Origin: an uncultured archaeon
GTDB taxonomy: Archaea; Asgardarchaeota; Heimdallarchaeia; Heimdallarchaeales; Heimdallarchaeaceae
Assembly (NCBI GenBank): GCA_964549075.1
Contig: CAZJUB010000032.1
Span: forward strand, 1 to 28,681
Reading direction: 5' to 3'
DNA length: 28,681 bases
Shown: one piece after another, positions 1 to 10,013 of the stretch
Position numbering within the stretch: position 1 is the stretch's first letter
How the letters are laid out: each line of letters starts with the position of its first letter
Position numbers and translations under genes: made by a program
Notes under the pieces: generated by a model
The model's input: the letters and a program-made list of their open reading frames with translations, nothing else
Databases searched by the model: none
Told to the model about the DNA's origin: nothing

Positions 1-381
1 ATCTAAGAGGTCTTTATCAACCACCAAATGAAATGTATCATAGTTATTCATAACAAAGGCTAATTTAGCTGGTTTATCGGGAATTACTTCTTTTTCTAGA
101 GATACTTTTGGAGGTAATTTGTTTTTTACCAGTATATAACTAGCACACGCTTCTGAAATAAGTTTACTTATCTCTTTTTTATTCATAGGTTGATACTTTT
201 GACCATCAACAATACCATAAGTGGTTTGAATCACTGTTCTATTAAGATCATCTATGTATTCTTTTTCTTTGATAACAACAAATGAACCATCTGGAATTTC
301 ATCTTTTATATTATAGATTTTGAAATTTTCTTGATCGATATAATATCCCCATTCAGTCTCTGAATCTAATTCCATCTTCAT
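1..381 (-). CDS. Hypothetical protein, truncated by the window edge (not in ORF track)
   Basis: Manual translation from ATG at 381: MKMELDSETEWGYYIDQENFKIYNIKDEIPDGSFVVIKEKEY...HLVVDKDLLD, 127 codons open to position 1 with no stop; same strand as the upstream ferritin-like gene. Confidence 0.8.
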   Translation of the reverse strand, partial: MKMELDSETEWGYYIDQENFKIYNIKDEIPDGSFVVIKEKEYIDDLNRTVIQTTYGIVDGQKYQPMNKKEISKLISEACASYILVKNKLPPKVSLEKEVIPDKPAKLAFVMNNYDTFHLVVDKDLLD

Positions 382-432
382 AATTAATCAACATAAATGT
401 TAAAACAGTAATTTTATAACTTTTTTGGAGAA

Positions 433-445
433 ATAAAAAAAAGAG
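433..445 (-). terminator. Oligo-T archaeal-type terminator of the ferritin-like gene
   Basis: Minus strand reads CTCTTTTTTTTAT a few nt after the stop codon; the same motif follows two other minus-strand genes. Confidence 0.55.
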
Positions 446-450
446 GGATT

Positions 451-933
451 TTATCCTCCAGGAGTCCCATGAGTAAAAGCATCTGACCACATGTGATCCC
501 AGATGTCTTCCTCGATGAGAGTTTCTTTTTGAACAACTGTTTTATAAAGCCACCTTAACAACTCATGATGTCTGAGTTCATCTTCATAGATAGCCTTAAT
601 CACGATCTTTTCTTTTGCATCTACACAGCACTTACTATCAAGATAATTCCGATATTGTTTCACTGCTTGAGCTTCAAGCTCCATATGCTCTTGTATCGCT
701 TCAGCTATTTCAGCTGAAACTTCCTCGTCAATAGCGGGTGTTGGTCCTTTAATTCTTTTAAGCAAAGCTTGAAGCATTGTTTCATGTTTTTGCGAATCAA
801 TTGCAACAGCTAAGATCATTTCTCTAACTAGTGGATTTAAAACTCCTTTAACAGCTTTTTGAGCTGTTGCTATAATTTTCTCTTCAACCTTTATTTGGTT
901 GCTATAAAATTCTATTCGTTCCTCTTTACTCAT
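451..933 (-). CDS. Ferritin-like / rubrerythrin-like four-helix-bundle protein
   Basis: Two repeated helix pairs with E...(D/E)xxH di-metal motifs (VEEK..DSQKHE; ELEA..DELRHHE); SD-like AGGTG 7 nt upstream of the ATG; C-terminus HGTPGG. Confidence 0.75.
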   Translation of the reverse strand: MSKEERIEFYSNQIKVEEKIIATAQKAVKGVLNPLVREMILAVAIDSQKHETMLQALLKRIKGPTPAIDEEVSAEIAEAIQEHMELEAQAVKQYRNYLDSKCCVDAKEKIVIKAIYEDELRHHELLRWLYKTVVQKETLIEEDIWDHMWSDAFTHGTPGG

Positions 934-1056
934 TAAAGAACACCTGATTATTTGGTTTTTTAAATAGAATATATTTAAATCTTTACAAGAATCAAGTATT
1001 TCTTAAGCTAATTTAGATGAGAAAATCTTTTTAATTTCAAATTGTCTCGACATTTC

Positions 1057-2775
1057 ATGCAATTAGCTATTAGTGTGCTATTAATCTTATTACCGTTTGC
1101 AATAGGTATAATATTACTAATATTCTTCAAATTAAAAGCTGACTTCGTTGGAACAATTTTATTTATCTTAATGTTAATAATAGGTATTTATGCTTTCAAA
1201 ACAGATTGGAGAGTTGCTTCTCTAGCATCCTTAGCTGGAATAGTCAAATCATTTCCTATTTCCTTGATGGTATTAACATCCATTTTAATGATTACTTATC
1301 AACAGAAAACTGGCTCATTAGATAAAATAGTTGTAGCTTTTAAGAAAATAGGAGGTGGGAACAAAGCTTTTCAAATTATGATTATAAACCTAGCAATTGG
1401 TTGTTTCTTAGTAGCAATTGGAGCAACACCAGTTACTATGTTACCACCAGTGTTAATGGCAATGGGATATTCAGCTTTTGCTTCTGTAGCTTTACCAGCA
1501 ATAGGTTACGATCCTTTAACAACATATGCCTTACTTGCTGTCCCAGCAGAATTTTTTTCGTTTTTTATGAAGGATACATTAATAGTATCAAATATTGCAG
1601 ATTTAGCATGGTTAGGGAAAAATTCAATAGAACCTCAACTTTTAGCTTCTGGTATCGCTTTCTCTTTTTATATGCCTTTAGTTACTCTAGGTATTGCTTT
1701 TGGAATGCTATGGATAGGAGGTGGAAAAAAACTTCTATTTAGTAAAGATGGATTGATTTTTGGATTAACAGGTGGTTTGACTTGTGGAGGAACAGCTATT
1801 CTTGCTAACTTCTTAGGTATGGTAAAACTCACAGGTGTAATAGCTGGGATTATCACAGCTTTAGCTTTGATTTTAGTCGCTAAAATTAAGAAGATAAATA
1901 TAATCGATGATAGCACACTTACAGATGAAGAAAGGAAAACTGATCAAGAAATGCCTTTGTGGAGAGCACTTACTCCTTGGATTTTTTTGATTCTCTTTGT
2001 GAGTATAATAAATTTTGTTCCAGCAATTTACAAGCTTTTTAATGAAAAGTTACTCTTTACAATTACAATAGGAGAAAAAATTCACACTAAATTCCTCTCA
2101 CAAGCATATTTCTGGGTTTTAATTGCTACATTATGTTCTATTCCATTTCTCGGATTAAAGAAAAATAAAGCTGTAGAGACGATTAAAATATGGGGAAGAA
2201 GGTCATTAAGACCAGTATATGCAGCAGCAATCTATTTCGCAATAGCTTACATAATGTTATACTCTGGGACTAATATCATAAATGGGATTTGGATCAGATA
2301 TGACTGGAATTATATGATAAACTCATTAGCTTCAGCTGCGAGCTATGTTTTCCGAGGTTATTATCCACTAATAGTTCCATTTATAGGTTTATTTGGAGGT
2401 TTCATTAGTGGCTCTGAAACCTCAGCAATAGCAATGTTTACGACGTTCCATGAACAAACAGCTATCAAATTAGGAATGAATGCAATTGCAGTTGGAACTG
2501 CAAATGGAGTGGGTGGTGGTCTAGCTTCGGTTTTATCACCAGCAAAAATACAAAATGCAGCTGCGGTTATAGACAAGGTAGGTATTGAAGGAGAGGTAAT
2601 TAGGAAAACTGGACCTATAGCTTTGTTAATGACTCTCTCAGTTTCAGCTATATGTCTTTGTTGGGCAAATAGTTTCAATTGGTGGCAATGGATGTCAGTG
2701 TTTGCAATATACTTAGTTATAATTGGAGCTATTATCGCACTAATCTATTTTAGAAAAGATAAAACTAAGAAATAA
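1057..2775 (+). CDS. lctP: L-lactate permease family transporter
   Basis: Highly hydrophobic multi-TM protein with LctP-type motifs (IGLFGGFISGSETSAIAMF, ANGVGGGLASVLSPAKIQNAAA, GIEGEVIRKT). ATG at 1057 preferred over TTG at 1042. Confidence 0.8.
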   Translation: MQLAISVLLILLPFAIGIILLIFFKLKADFVGTILFILMLIIGIYAFKTDWRVASLASLAGIVKSFPISLMVLTSILMITYQQKTGSLDKIVVAFKKIGGGNKAFQIMIINLAIGCFLVAIGATPVTMLPPVLMAMGYSAFASVALPAIGYDPLTTYALLAVPAEFFSFFMKDTLIVSNIADLAWLGKNSIEPQLLASGIAFSFYMPLVTLGIAFGMLWIGGGKKLLFSKDGLIFGLTGGLTCGGTAILANFLGMVKLTGVIAGIITALALILVAKIKKINIIDDSTLTDEERKTDQEMPLWRALTPWIFLILFVSIINFVPAIYKLFNEKLLFTITIGEKIHTKFLSQAYFWVLIATLCSIPFLGLKKNKAVETIKIWGRRSLRPVYAAAIYFAIAYIMLYSGTNIINGIWIRYDWNYMINSLASAASYVFRGYYPLIVPFIGLFGGFISGSETSAIAMFTTFHEQTAIKLGMNAIAVGTANGVGGGLASVLSPAKIQNAAAVIDKVGIEGEVIRKTGPIALLMTLSVSAICLCWANSFNWWQWMSVFAIYLVIIGAIIALIYFRKDKTKK

Positions 2776-2779
2776 AGGA

Positions 2780-3430
2780 TTAACGTTGAAAAGGTGAAAC
2801 ACCTTTAATCCAGCCATAGACTAGAGTAACTATCAAAAGAATTGCTAGCACAACTGCTATGGTACCACCAAAATATGCTAATGGAGCAGAAATTAAAATC
2901 ATTCCAGCTTTTATATCATCTAAAGGTAGAATTGTAAAATAAAGAATACCTGCAGAAAGACTAAGTACTGTTGCAAGTAAGGAAATGATTCCAGTAGCAT
3001 AGCTTAGAAAAATAAATTTTAGGATAGTATTTGCTAATGAAAAAACAAAAACCGCTATAATTCCAGCAACAAAGAAAAACGCCCATATTTTTGCTGTTGA
3101 TTTTTCACGTAGAGCTAAACCAATAAAAACTACTGCAATTATACCTAGAAATCCTATGCAAAAAGTGATAATATTTGTTGTGTGAATAATTTGATTATAA
3201 ATAGGTGTGAAAAAAACATTGTTCAAATAATCAATTATTAGTGAAGAGGAAAATACAGTTCCTGAAACACCAGTCTGGATAGTTACTAAGTCAACCAAAA
3301 ATGAATCAATAAATAGGAGAACTGCACTGATGGCCCAAGAAACTCCCGTAAATACACCTAAAATCATTTTTGATCTAGGTTTTTCGGAATCTATAGAAAA
3401 AAATCGTTTTGATTGCTTAAACATTCCCAT
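2780..3430 (-). CDS. Hypothetical integral membrane protein (about 5 TM)
   Basis: 216-aa ORF with several long hydrophobic segments, convergent with lctP; no recognisable motif. Confidence 0.7.
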   Translation of the reverse strand: MGMFKQSKRFFSIDSEKPRSKMILGVFTGVSWAISAVLLFIDSFLVDLVTIQTGVSGTVFSSSLIIDYLNNVFFTPIYNQIIHTTNIITFCIGFLGIIAVVFIGLALREKSTAKIWAFFFVAGIIAVFVFSLANTILKFIFLSYATGIISLLATVLSLSAGILYFTILPLDDIKAGMILISAPLAYFGGTIAVVLAILLIVTLVYGWIKGVSPFQR

Positions 3431-3510
3431 GACATAATTTGAAAGAAACCTACTATAAAATCTTTATGTAAAAAATTGATTTTTCGAAGAGTTAGTTATG
3501 ACTTAGAAAG

Positions 3511-3522
3511 ATAAAAAAAGAG
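3511..3522 (-). terminator. Oligo-T terminator of the GH38 gene
   Basis: CTCTTTTTTTAT on the minus strand about 35 nt after the GH38 stop; identical 12-mer at 9028-9039. Confidence 0.5.
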
Positions 3523-3556
3523 TTTGTATTGAAGTTAAATTCAAGAAAGTACTACT

Positions 3557-6352
3557 TTATTCAAATTCTAGCATTTTTATTTCATAAGCATTAAAAGCTA
3601 TTTCTATTTGACCTTCTTTTATATTGCTTTCTGATTTTATTATTCGATCGTAAGTGATTTCTCTACAGATAGTAAATCTAGGATCGATTTGAAAAGTTGT
3701 TGTTTCATAAACAGTATTAAGATTGAAGATAGTAATGAGTAACTTTCCATTTCTTTTTCTAATTGAAGAGATTCTTAACCAAGGATTATTGGTGAAAAAC
3801 AATTTTTGAGAAGCTTCTTGAATTTTTTTTGTATCGCGCAAAAGAAATGATTTAGTTCCTAGAGAAAAAACTTCAGCATAATTATCGCAAAGATACATTG
3901 GATCTCTCTTTGAATGTATAAGAATACTATATTCAAACAAATACTCTTTATTGAACACTTGAGCGCCAGGAGTTTCAAGAAAAGGTCCTGCATGGAGTGG
4001 GCGTTCATCAAAATCCATTCTTGAGAGATATCCAATAGACCTTACAAGTGTTAGCGCTAAGCGACAACCTTCGACTAATTCTACTTCAGGTAGACCTTTG
4101 TTCATTAGTGTTATAGACGATTGTTTCATTGTATCATTGATTCTAATATAACGTTTTTGAGCTTGAATTCCAGACGGAGCCTCTACAAAAGTTTTATCTC
4201 CATATTGAGTACTATTTCTTTTAATAGTTCCAAAATGTGTTGATGTTTGTGTTTCAAAAGAATTAAATGGTAAATCAAAGCATATTCGCAATCTGTGATC
4301 TTTTGCTGTGTTTGTCAACTTTGTTTTAAATTCTATAAGTGGTATTTCTTTATAAAATCTAAATAAAGTCTCAACTGGAATTTCAACCTTACCAATTCTC
4401 TTATTTCTATCTTCACTTAAACATTCAAAAACCTCAAGATTACATGTTTGTTTAATATCAAAATATATAGAACCTTCTGAGACAATTTCTCTCTTAACAT
4501 TCCTTACTTTCACACTTTCTGGGCCAATTCTACCGAAGGTATACTCATCCCCTTTATCTCCCCAATCTTCAAAGTTATGAAGAGAATCATAGCCAATATT
4601 CTTTATTTTATCATAGTAATCAAAGGTTCCATCATTGTTGAAAGATACCTCATAATATTTATTGGAAACCGTGTTTTTCGAAACTGTGAATTCTGAATCA
4701 GATATTTCTAGAGCTGAAGAAGTAAATTCAAATTTGTTAAAATTCCAAGGAGATAATGTTGCCAAAGCTGTGTATTTCTGTTTTGTTCCTAAAGAAGCTT
4801 TTACATGAAATTTCTTGAATTTTTTACTTTCAATTAATTCAATTGCTCTTTTCTTTAATTCTTCAACATCAAAATCTCCAATTGGTACTTTTCCGCAAAT
4901 CAATGTTACATTACATATACCTGATTCTAAGTCTTCTATCATTATCTGTTCGTTTATATAAAAATCTGTTATTTTCCTTCCTGGAAGAAGTTTTAATCCT
5001 GCTTTAAGCATTATTGGAGAAAAACTATTTTCGAATAAAACATCCTCAGAAGAGCTTTCAGTTTGAACTGGAAAAATTTGACCTTGATTATTTTTGATTC
5101 CAGTTATTGTAGTTTTGGCATCATATTCAAATGCTATTAAAGTTGGAATATCTAAAGCATTTGAAGGATTATAAACAAGAAGTGAAGGAGAGCTATTTTC
5201 TTCTTTATACTCCTCAATTTCCTCTTTTAACTCTTCATATTGTGATTTTGCAATACTTTCAGCCCATGAAAATCGTGATATCATTTCATTATGAGTTTGA
5301 TCAACTGAACATCCACATATTCCATCATGGGTATGATTCTTAACCAACCATTTCCACGCTAAGGACATATAACTATCTGGATAATCTCTATTACTGAAAA
5401 TCCAAAAATGTGTTAACAACGGCTCCGTAAAGGATATTAGTAGATCTTCTATTTTCTGATTCCATTGTTTAATCCAGATTCTTGTTGAATAAGTATCTTG
5501 TAAGAGGGGTGCTCTAGCTGAAGAACGAAATTCACCGATGTATTCAGGAGGATTGTAAGATTTACTTACAATTGTATTTCTCAATTTAGTAACATATTGG
5601 TCAAGTGTACCAAAATCCACATCAAGCTGTTCGATATCCATCAATTTGATAAATGGAATAATTTTTGGATTAGGAAATTGATGATCTGTACCATACATGA
5701 GTAGATAGTGTGGAAGTGGAGAAAAAGGTCTTAACTCTTCAACTTTATCTTTAATTGCTTGGATGAGATTCTCTTCCCCTTCAGGTAAGTCTGCAGCATT
5801 ACCGTACCCAAAAGGCAGATATACACCCAATATACTTTTCTGTGCATTAAACTCACTTTTCCAAGTGAAAGGAACTGTAGTTATTTCAATACCTACACCT
5901 CGCCATAATACAGCTGTATTGAATTTAGTAAGATTTGATAAGATTTGGGGTATAGCTCTAGTGTGTCCGAATTGATCAGGTAAATATGCAATAGGCATTA
6001 ACGGGATACCAAATTCTTTAGCTAAATCTAAACTAATTTCTAAATTCCTGATAAAACTTTCTGCACCAATCAACCATTCATCTGGAAGCAAATACCAAGG
6101 TCCTACTGAAATCTTTTTTTCTTGAATAAGCTTCATCAACCGCTCTTTATTTTCTGGTTTAATCTCTAAATAATCTTCTAGAACTATTGTCTGTCCATCT
6201 AACATGAAGGGAAATTCATGATTTTCAGTTATATCCATCACATGATCAATAAGCTTAACTAGTTTTGACCTGAAGAATTGAAAAGGCAAATACCATTCTC
6301 GATCCCAATGAGTATGAGGAACAATTGTAACATCTAATTTTTCTTCAACCAT
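3557..6352 (-). CDS. Glycoside hydrolase family 38 alpha-mannosidase (MngB-like), cytoplasmic
   Basis: GH38 signatures HTHWDREWY (Zn ligands), LDGQT, VGPWY, YLPDQFGH (nucleophile Asp), NHTHDGICGCS, and C-terminal KDHRLR / LTLVRS; no signal peptide. Confidence 0.93.
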   Translation of the reverse strand: MVEEKLDVTIVPHTHWDREWYLPFQFFRSKLVKLIDHVMDITENHEFPFMLDGQTIVLEDYLEIKPENKERLMKLIQEKKISVGPWYLLPDEWLIGAESFIRNLEISLDLAKEFGIPLMPIAYLPDQFGHTRAIPQILSNLTKFNTAVLWRGVGIEITTVPFTWKSEFNAQKSILGVYLPFGYGNAADLPEGEENLIQAIKDKVEELRPFSPLPHYLLMYGTDHQFPNPKIIPFIKLMDIEQLDVDFGTLDQYVTKLRNTIVSKSYNPPEYIGEFRSSARAPLLQDTYSTRIWIKQWNQKIEDLLISFTEPLLTHFWIFSNRDYPDSYMSLAWKWLVKNHTHDGICGCSVDQTHNEMISRFSWAESIAKSQYEELKEEIEEYKEENSSPSLLVYNPSNALDIPTLIAFEYDAKTTITGIKNNQGQIFPVQTESSSEDVLFENSFSPIMLKAGLKLLPGRKITDFYINEQIMIEDLESGICNVTLICGKVPIGDFDVEELKKRAIELIESKKFKKFHVKASLGTKQKYTALATLSPWNFNKFEFTSSALEISDSEFTVSKNTVSNKYYEVSFNNDGTFDYYDKIKNIGYDSLHNFEDWGDKGDEYTFGRIGPESVKVRNVKREIVSEGSIYFDIKQTCNLEVFECLSEDRNKRIGKVEIPVETLFRFYKEIPLIEFKTKLTNTAKDHRLRICFDLPFNSFETQTSTHFGTIKRNSTQYGDKTFVEAPSGIQAQKRYIRINDTMKQSSITLMNKGLPEVELVEGCRLALTLVRSIGYLSRMDFDERPLHAGPFLETPGAQVFNKEYLFEYSILIHSKRDPMYLCDNYAEVFSLGTKSFLLRDTKKIQEASQKLFFTNNPWLRISSIRKRNGKLLITIFNLNTVYETTTFQIDPRFTICREITYDRIIKSESNIKEGQIEIAFNAYEIKMLEFE

Positions 6353-6474
6353 ATTATCACTCGATAAGATTATGAGATTTTAAATTTGATGTATATTTTT
6401 GTTTCGTTCTCTCCTCAAAAATCTTATAGTCAAGTAAATAAAACATCAATCAGAAATATTTGCAGGAAATTTAA

Positions 6475-8163
6475 ATGAGAAGAAAAGAAGATGATAGCAA
6501 TTTTGATGGCATTTCTTCTCGATTCAACACTAATTATATCCAAAGAGAACAAAACATTTCAAGTAAAGTAGCAAGTAAATTTGACATTACAAAAAAGGAA
6601 TTGATTATTCTTCTTCTATCTCTTTCTATTATTATCACTTTCTATTTAATATATATTAGTAAAACTGATTTAGTAGATTATGATGAAGGGGTATATCTTC
6701 TTTCAAGTCATCTATATGTAAATAATTTCAAACTTTACTCACAGATTTTTATATCACAAACTCCTTTATTATTCGAATTTGTAAAGATAACAAATCTCTA
6801 TGTATCTAATCTCTTGATAGCAGGAAGAATAACAGTAGTTCTTTTTTCTAGTATTGGATTTATAGGGACGTCTTTATGCTGTTTAATTATAGTAAAAAAT
6901 AAAATCAGAAATCAGAAAGTACAATTAATATCTGAAAGCAAAGCATGGTTAGTTATCCCTTTGAGTATGGTACTTCTTGGATTCTTTTCTAAATATTGGA
7001 TTTACCATGCTAGAGTTATCATGCCTAATGTCCCTCAAGCTAGTTTTTCAATATTAAGCTTATGGTTTTTTTATCAATCAATTAAAACCATTAATCTATC
7101 AGTTTGGGAATTTTTAGCTGGGATGAGCTTAAGTCTTGGATTACTGTTTAAACTATTTGGAGTAATTCCTATTCTATTTATTTTCTTATATTATCTCTTT
7201 TCAAAAAACAAGAAAAAGAAAACAATTTTATTTTTAGTAGGTTTAATTCTTCCATTGTTCTTTTTGTTCAAGTATAACTTGGTTGAGTTTTTTAATCAGG
7301 CCGTACTCTTTCATACCGAGAAAAATAGAAGTTTTATGTCTATTTTTTATGGATTTGAAGACTTAATAAATTGGTTCCAAACAGATATAGTAATCTTTGC
7401 GTTAGCAATTCTTGCAATAATACCTATTCTTAATTCTAAAAACAGATTTGAGATAATCGCACTTGTCTGGACCATCTATAATATTATTGTTTTAAGTTTA
7501 TATTCACCAATTTATGAACAACATTATGTTCATATAATTCCAGCTATGGTGGTTATAGCAACAATTTCATTATTTAATATACTAAATTATTTGAAAAGAT
7601 TCTTTGATCAGTTAAAGGCTAAGATAACAAATAGGAGTGTTTTTCTTAATTCGATTGTATCTAAGATTTATAATTTTACTAGAAAAATTACTCTGAATAA
7701 TATATTAAAAACTACATTTGTTCTAGTTGTTATTTTTGGTACTACTTCTCCAATCTATTTCAACTACATCGATACTTCAACGTCAAATGAAAAATACCTT
7801 CTAACAGCAGATTTTATAGCAATCTTAGTACAACCTGATGAATTCTTTCTTACAGACAGTCCTTCAGTAGCTTATTTTTCTAATCGAAATATTGTTCCAC
7901 AACTTGTTGATATTAGTAATCAGAGAATTTCTTCTGGGAGCCTAAAACCTGTGCAACTGATGAAATATGTATTTGAATATAATATTTCTGTCGTATTGTA
8001 CTATGCTGAACGTTTAGTTAAGATAGAAGAATGGAATTCTTTTGTATTAAATGAGTTTAAATTGTCTTACTATTATAATTCGACAACTCAATCGTGGTTA
8101 CCTGCAACAATAGAAATGAAAAGTATTTCTCAAATAGAAAATTTTCAAATCTGGACTAAGTAA
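6475..8163 (+). CDS. GT-C fold membrane glycosyltransferase (ArnT/PMT, GT39/GT83-like)
   Basis: First TM followed by DYDEGVY acidic motif, ISQTPL, 'GR' in the next TM, LGLLFK, late HYVHIIP motif and a C-terminal extracytoplasmic domain. Confidence 0.8.
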   Translation: MRRKEDDSNFDGISSRFNTNYIQREQNISSKVASKFDITKKELIILLLSLSIIITFYLIYISKTDLVDYDEGVYLLSSHLYVNNFKLYSQIFISQTPLLFEFVKITNLYVSNLLIAGRITVVLFSSIGFIGTSLCCLIIVKNKIRNQKVQLISESKAWLVIPLSMVLLGFFSKYWIYHARVIMPNVPQASFSILSLWFFYQSIKTINLSVWEFLAGMSLSLGLLFKLFGVIPILFIFLYYLFSKNKKKKTILFLVGLILPLFFLFKYNLVEFFNQAVLFHTEKNRSFMSIFYGFEDLINWFQTDIVIFALAILAIIPILNSKNRFEIIALVWTIYNIIVLSLYSPIYEQHYVHIIPAMVVIATISLFNILNYLKRFFDQLKAKITNRSVFLNSIVSKIYNFTRKITLNNILKTTFVLVVIFGTTSPIYFNYIDTSTSNEKYLLTADFIAILVQPDEFFLTDSPSVAYFSNRNIVPQLVDISNQRISSGSLKPVQLMKYVFEYNISVVLYYAERLVKIEEWNSFVLNEFKLSYYYNSTTQSWLPATIEMKSISQIENFQIWTK

Positions 8164-8166
8164 AAA

Positions 8167-8850
8167 TTAGCTTTGTCTGATCAAATCTTTTGCAGCTTGA
8201 ATAAGTTTAGGTGCAGTTGTTGACCCAATACCCTTTATCTTAACTAAATCTTCTACTTTTGCTATAGAAAGATCTACTGCAGTATTATATCCTGAAGCTT
8301 TTAAAACAGCAGCTTTTTGCCCAACACCTTTCACTTTCTCAATGGGGATATTGGATATCTTCTTCTTTGTTTCTTTATCTGAAGCAGGTACAGTTTTTAA
8401 CTGAGAGTATTCCATAATCCCTCTAAATTTTCCAAGATTATTGATACGTATATCTTTATCCCTCTTGTTTAAATGCTTCACAGATTTTAATATTTCCTCA
8501 CTTCTGGAGATCATTTTAATAAATTCATTTTGTTCCTTTTGAGATGAATCATAAAGAAGACCCAATCCATTTATGGCTTCTAAAAAGATAATAGTAGAAT
8601 CAACAACCAATAATGGATTTGAAAGTTTCATACTTTTACGAAAAGCTGTCTTAGCTAACAGAACACTTTTCTCGAAGTCTCGTACTTTTATCATAATTTT
8701 GCAATTTACTAACATTGCAGCTAATTTTTCTACATCGGTAAGTTCTACTCTCTTCTCAATTTGATTCAATTCTTGAATAGCTTCATTATGTTTACCTTGT
8801 TCAAGTAATTCTTCAGCTATCCTTAAGTTGTCCAAATATATACCAAACAT
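8167..8850 (-). CDS. TPR-like helical N-terminus fused to a C-terminal helix-hairpin-helix domain
   Basis: N-terminal AEELLEQGKHNEAIQEL TPR-like helices; C-terminal IEKVKGVGQKA...LVKIKGIGSTTAPKLIQAA tandem HhH motifs. Confidence 0.7.
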   Translation of the reverse strand: MFGIYLDNLRIAEELLEQGKHNEAIQELNQIEKRVELTDVEKLAAMLVNCKIMIKVRDFEKSVLLAKTAFRKSMKLSNPLLVVDSTIIFLEAINGLGLLYDSSQKEQNEFIKMISRSEEILKSVKHLNKRDKDIRINNLGKFRGIMEYSQLKTVPASDKETKKKISNIPIEKVKGVGQKAAVLKASGYNTAVDLSIAKVEDLVKIKGIGSTTAPKLIQAAKDLIRQS

Positions 8851-9027
8851 ATTATCTACTCCAAATAAAGAAACAAGATACAGTTTTCTCTGTAGAATTA
8901 TGTATGGTTTTATAGCTAATAAATCTTAGGTAATCTGTAATTAAGAATACTCGAATAAAGTAACTAAATTTCTATGTATAGAAACTATCATCATTTTCTT
9001 CAGATTCTGATAAATTAAAATTAAAGA

Positions 9028-9039
9028 ATAAAAAAAGAG
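9028..9039 (-). terminator. Oligo-T terminator of the secreted-protein gene
   Basis: CTCTTTTTTTAT on the minus strand 5 nt after the stop at 9045. Confidence 0.55.
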
Positions 9040-9044
9040 AGGTT

Positions 9045-9914
9045 TTACCTCTTTCTTCTAATTATAAAAACTATAGCAAAAAAACTTAATCCTAAAATAC
9101 TGAAAGCCCAGCTATAAGGAAGAACTCTACCAGCTGTTAGTTTCAGCCAAAAGTTACTATGACCAACATCATCATTAGTCAAAGTACTATTAACATATTC
9201 CTTTTCATCCCAACTGATAAACGAATAAGCTTCTTCTAGCAAACCAGTCATTTTATTTGTCTTGGTATATACAGTAGCTTCAAGTATATCTATAGTTAAA
9301 GTTCCATCTGTTTGTTCTGTATGATCATAGTAATTCACATATAGGTAATCAGTAAAAATATCTCCTGATAAATCAAAGTCTTGAGAAATTGTTCCTTCAC
9401 TTATGACAGTTGAACTTGGATAAGTTGATGTGTAGTTATTTGTACTATTTTCTCCATTTCCTTCTACTTGATCCCAGATAAGATCATAGATATTGTAAGA
9501 ATCTGTAGCATTTGTGTAGGTGACTGGATAGACTAACGGAATATCTGAACCATAATCATAAGCATAATATGTCCAAATGAATCCTAGACCCCACAAATCA
9601 GAAGCAGATGCTTGATTATTGTTAAGCAACAATTCATACCATGTCTCGTTTGTTTCGTCTGGATCAGCTATTACTTTAAGAGTAATTGTATCACTTTCTT
9701 TGATTTGGTTTGTACCAATATAGAAATCTGTAGAAACTTCATAAAAATCACCTACGATATCTAATGTTTTCACTTGCCATTGAAATGATTTGCCTGGTAC
9801 AATCTCATTAGAATATGTAAATTCATCCAGAGCAAGTACATGGAAATTTTGACTCATTATAGTTGAGAATAAAAATAAAAATGCCAGAACCACAAAAATT
9901 TTCTTAGTTTTCAT
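9045..9914 (-). CDS. Secreted/cell-surface protein with C-terminal membrane anchor
   Basis: Signal peptide MKTKKIFVVLAFLFLFSTIM..., acidic T/S/D/Y-rich body with several N-x-S/T sequons, C-terminal PYSWAFSILGLSFFAIVFIIRRKR. ATG at 9914 is supported by an AGGTG SD-like motif upstream (track start GTG 9923). Confidence 0.8.
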   Translation of the reverse strand: MKTKKIFVVLAFLFLFSTIMSQNFHVLALDEFTYSNEIVPGKSFQWQVKTLDIVGDFYEVSTDFYIGTNQIKESDTITLKVIADPDETNETWYELLLNNNQASASDLWGLGFIWTYYAYDYGSDIPLVYPVTYTNATDSYNIYDLIWDQVEGNGENSTNNYTSTYPSSTVISEGTISQDFDLSGDIFTDYLYVNYYDHTEQTDGTLTIDILEATVYTKTNKMTGLLEEAYSFISWDEKEYVNSTLTNDDVGHSNFWLKLTAGRVLPYSWAFSILGLSFFAIVFIIRRKR

Positions 9915-10013
9915 TTTTTGCACCTAAAATTTGATTTTCAAATCTATTCTAGCAATGGATTCTTGACATATAAGCATTTGCAGAAAGGCTAAAGGGAAAG
10001 AAAGAGGACTGAT

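Noticed and set aside
1401-2678. ORFs 1401..1742 (+), 1668..1916 (-) and 2361..2678 (-)
   Set aside because: Nested in or antisense to the lactate permease gene; shadow ORFs with no motifs.
5131-5975. ORFs 5131..5343 and 5763..5975 (+)
   Set aside because: Short antisense shadows of the GH38 gene.
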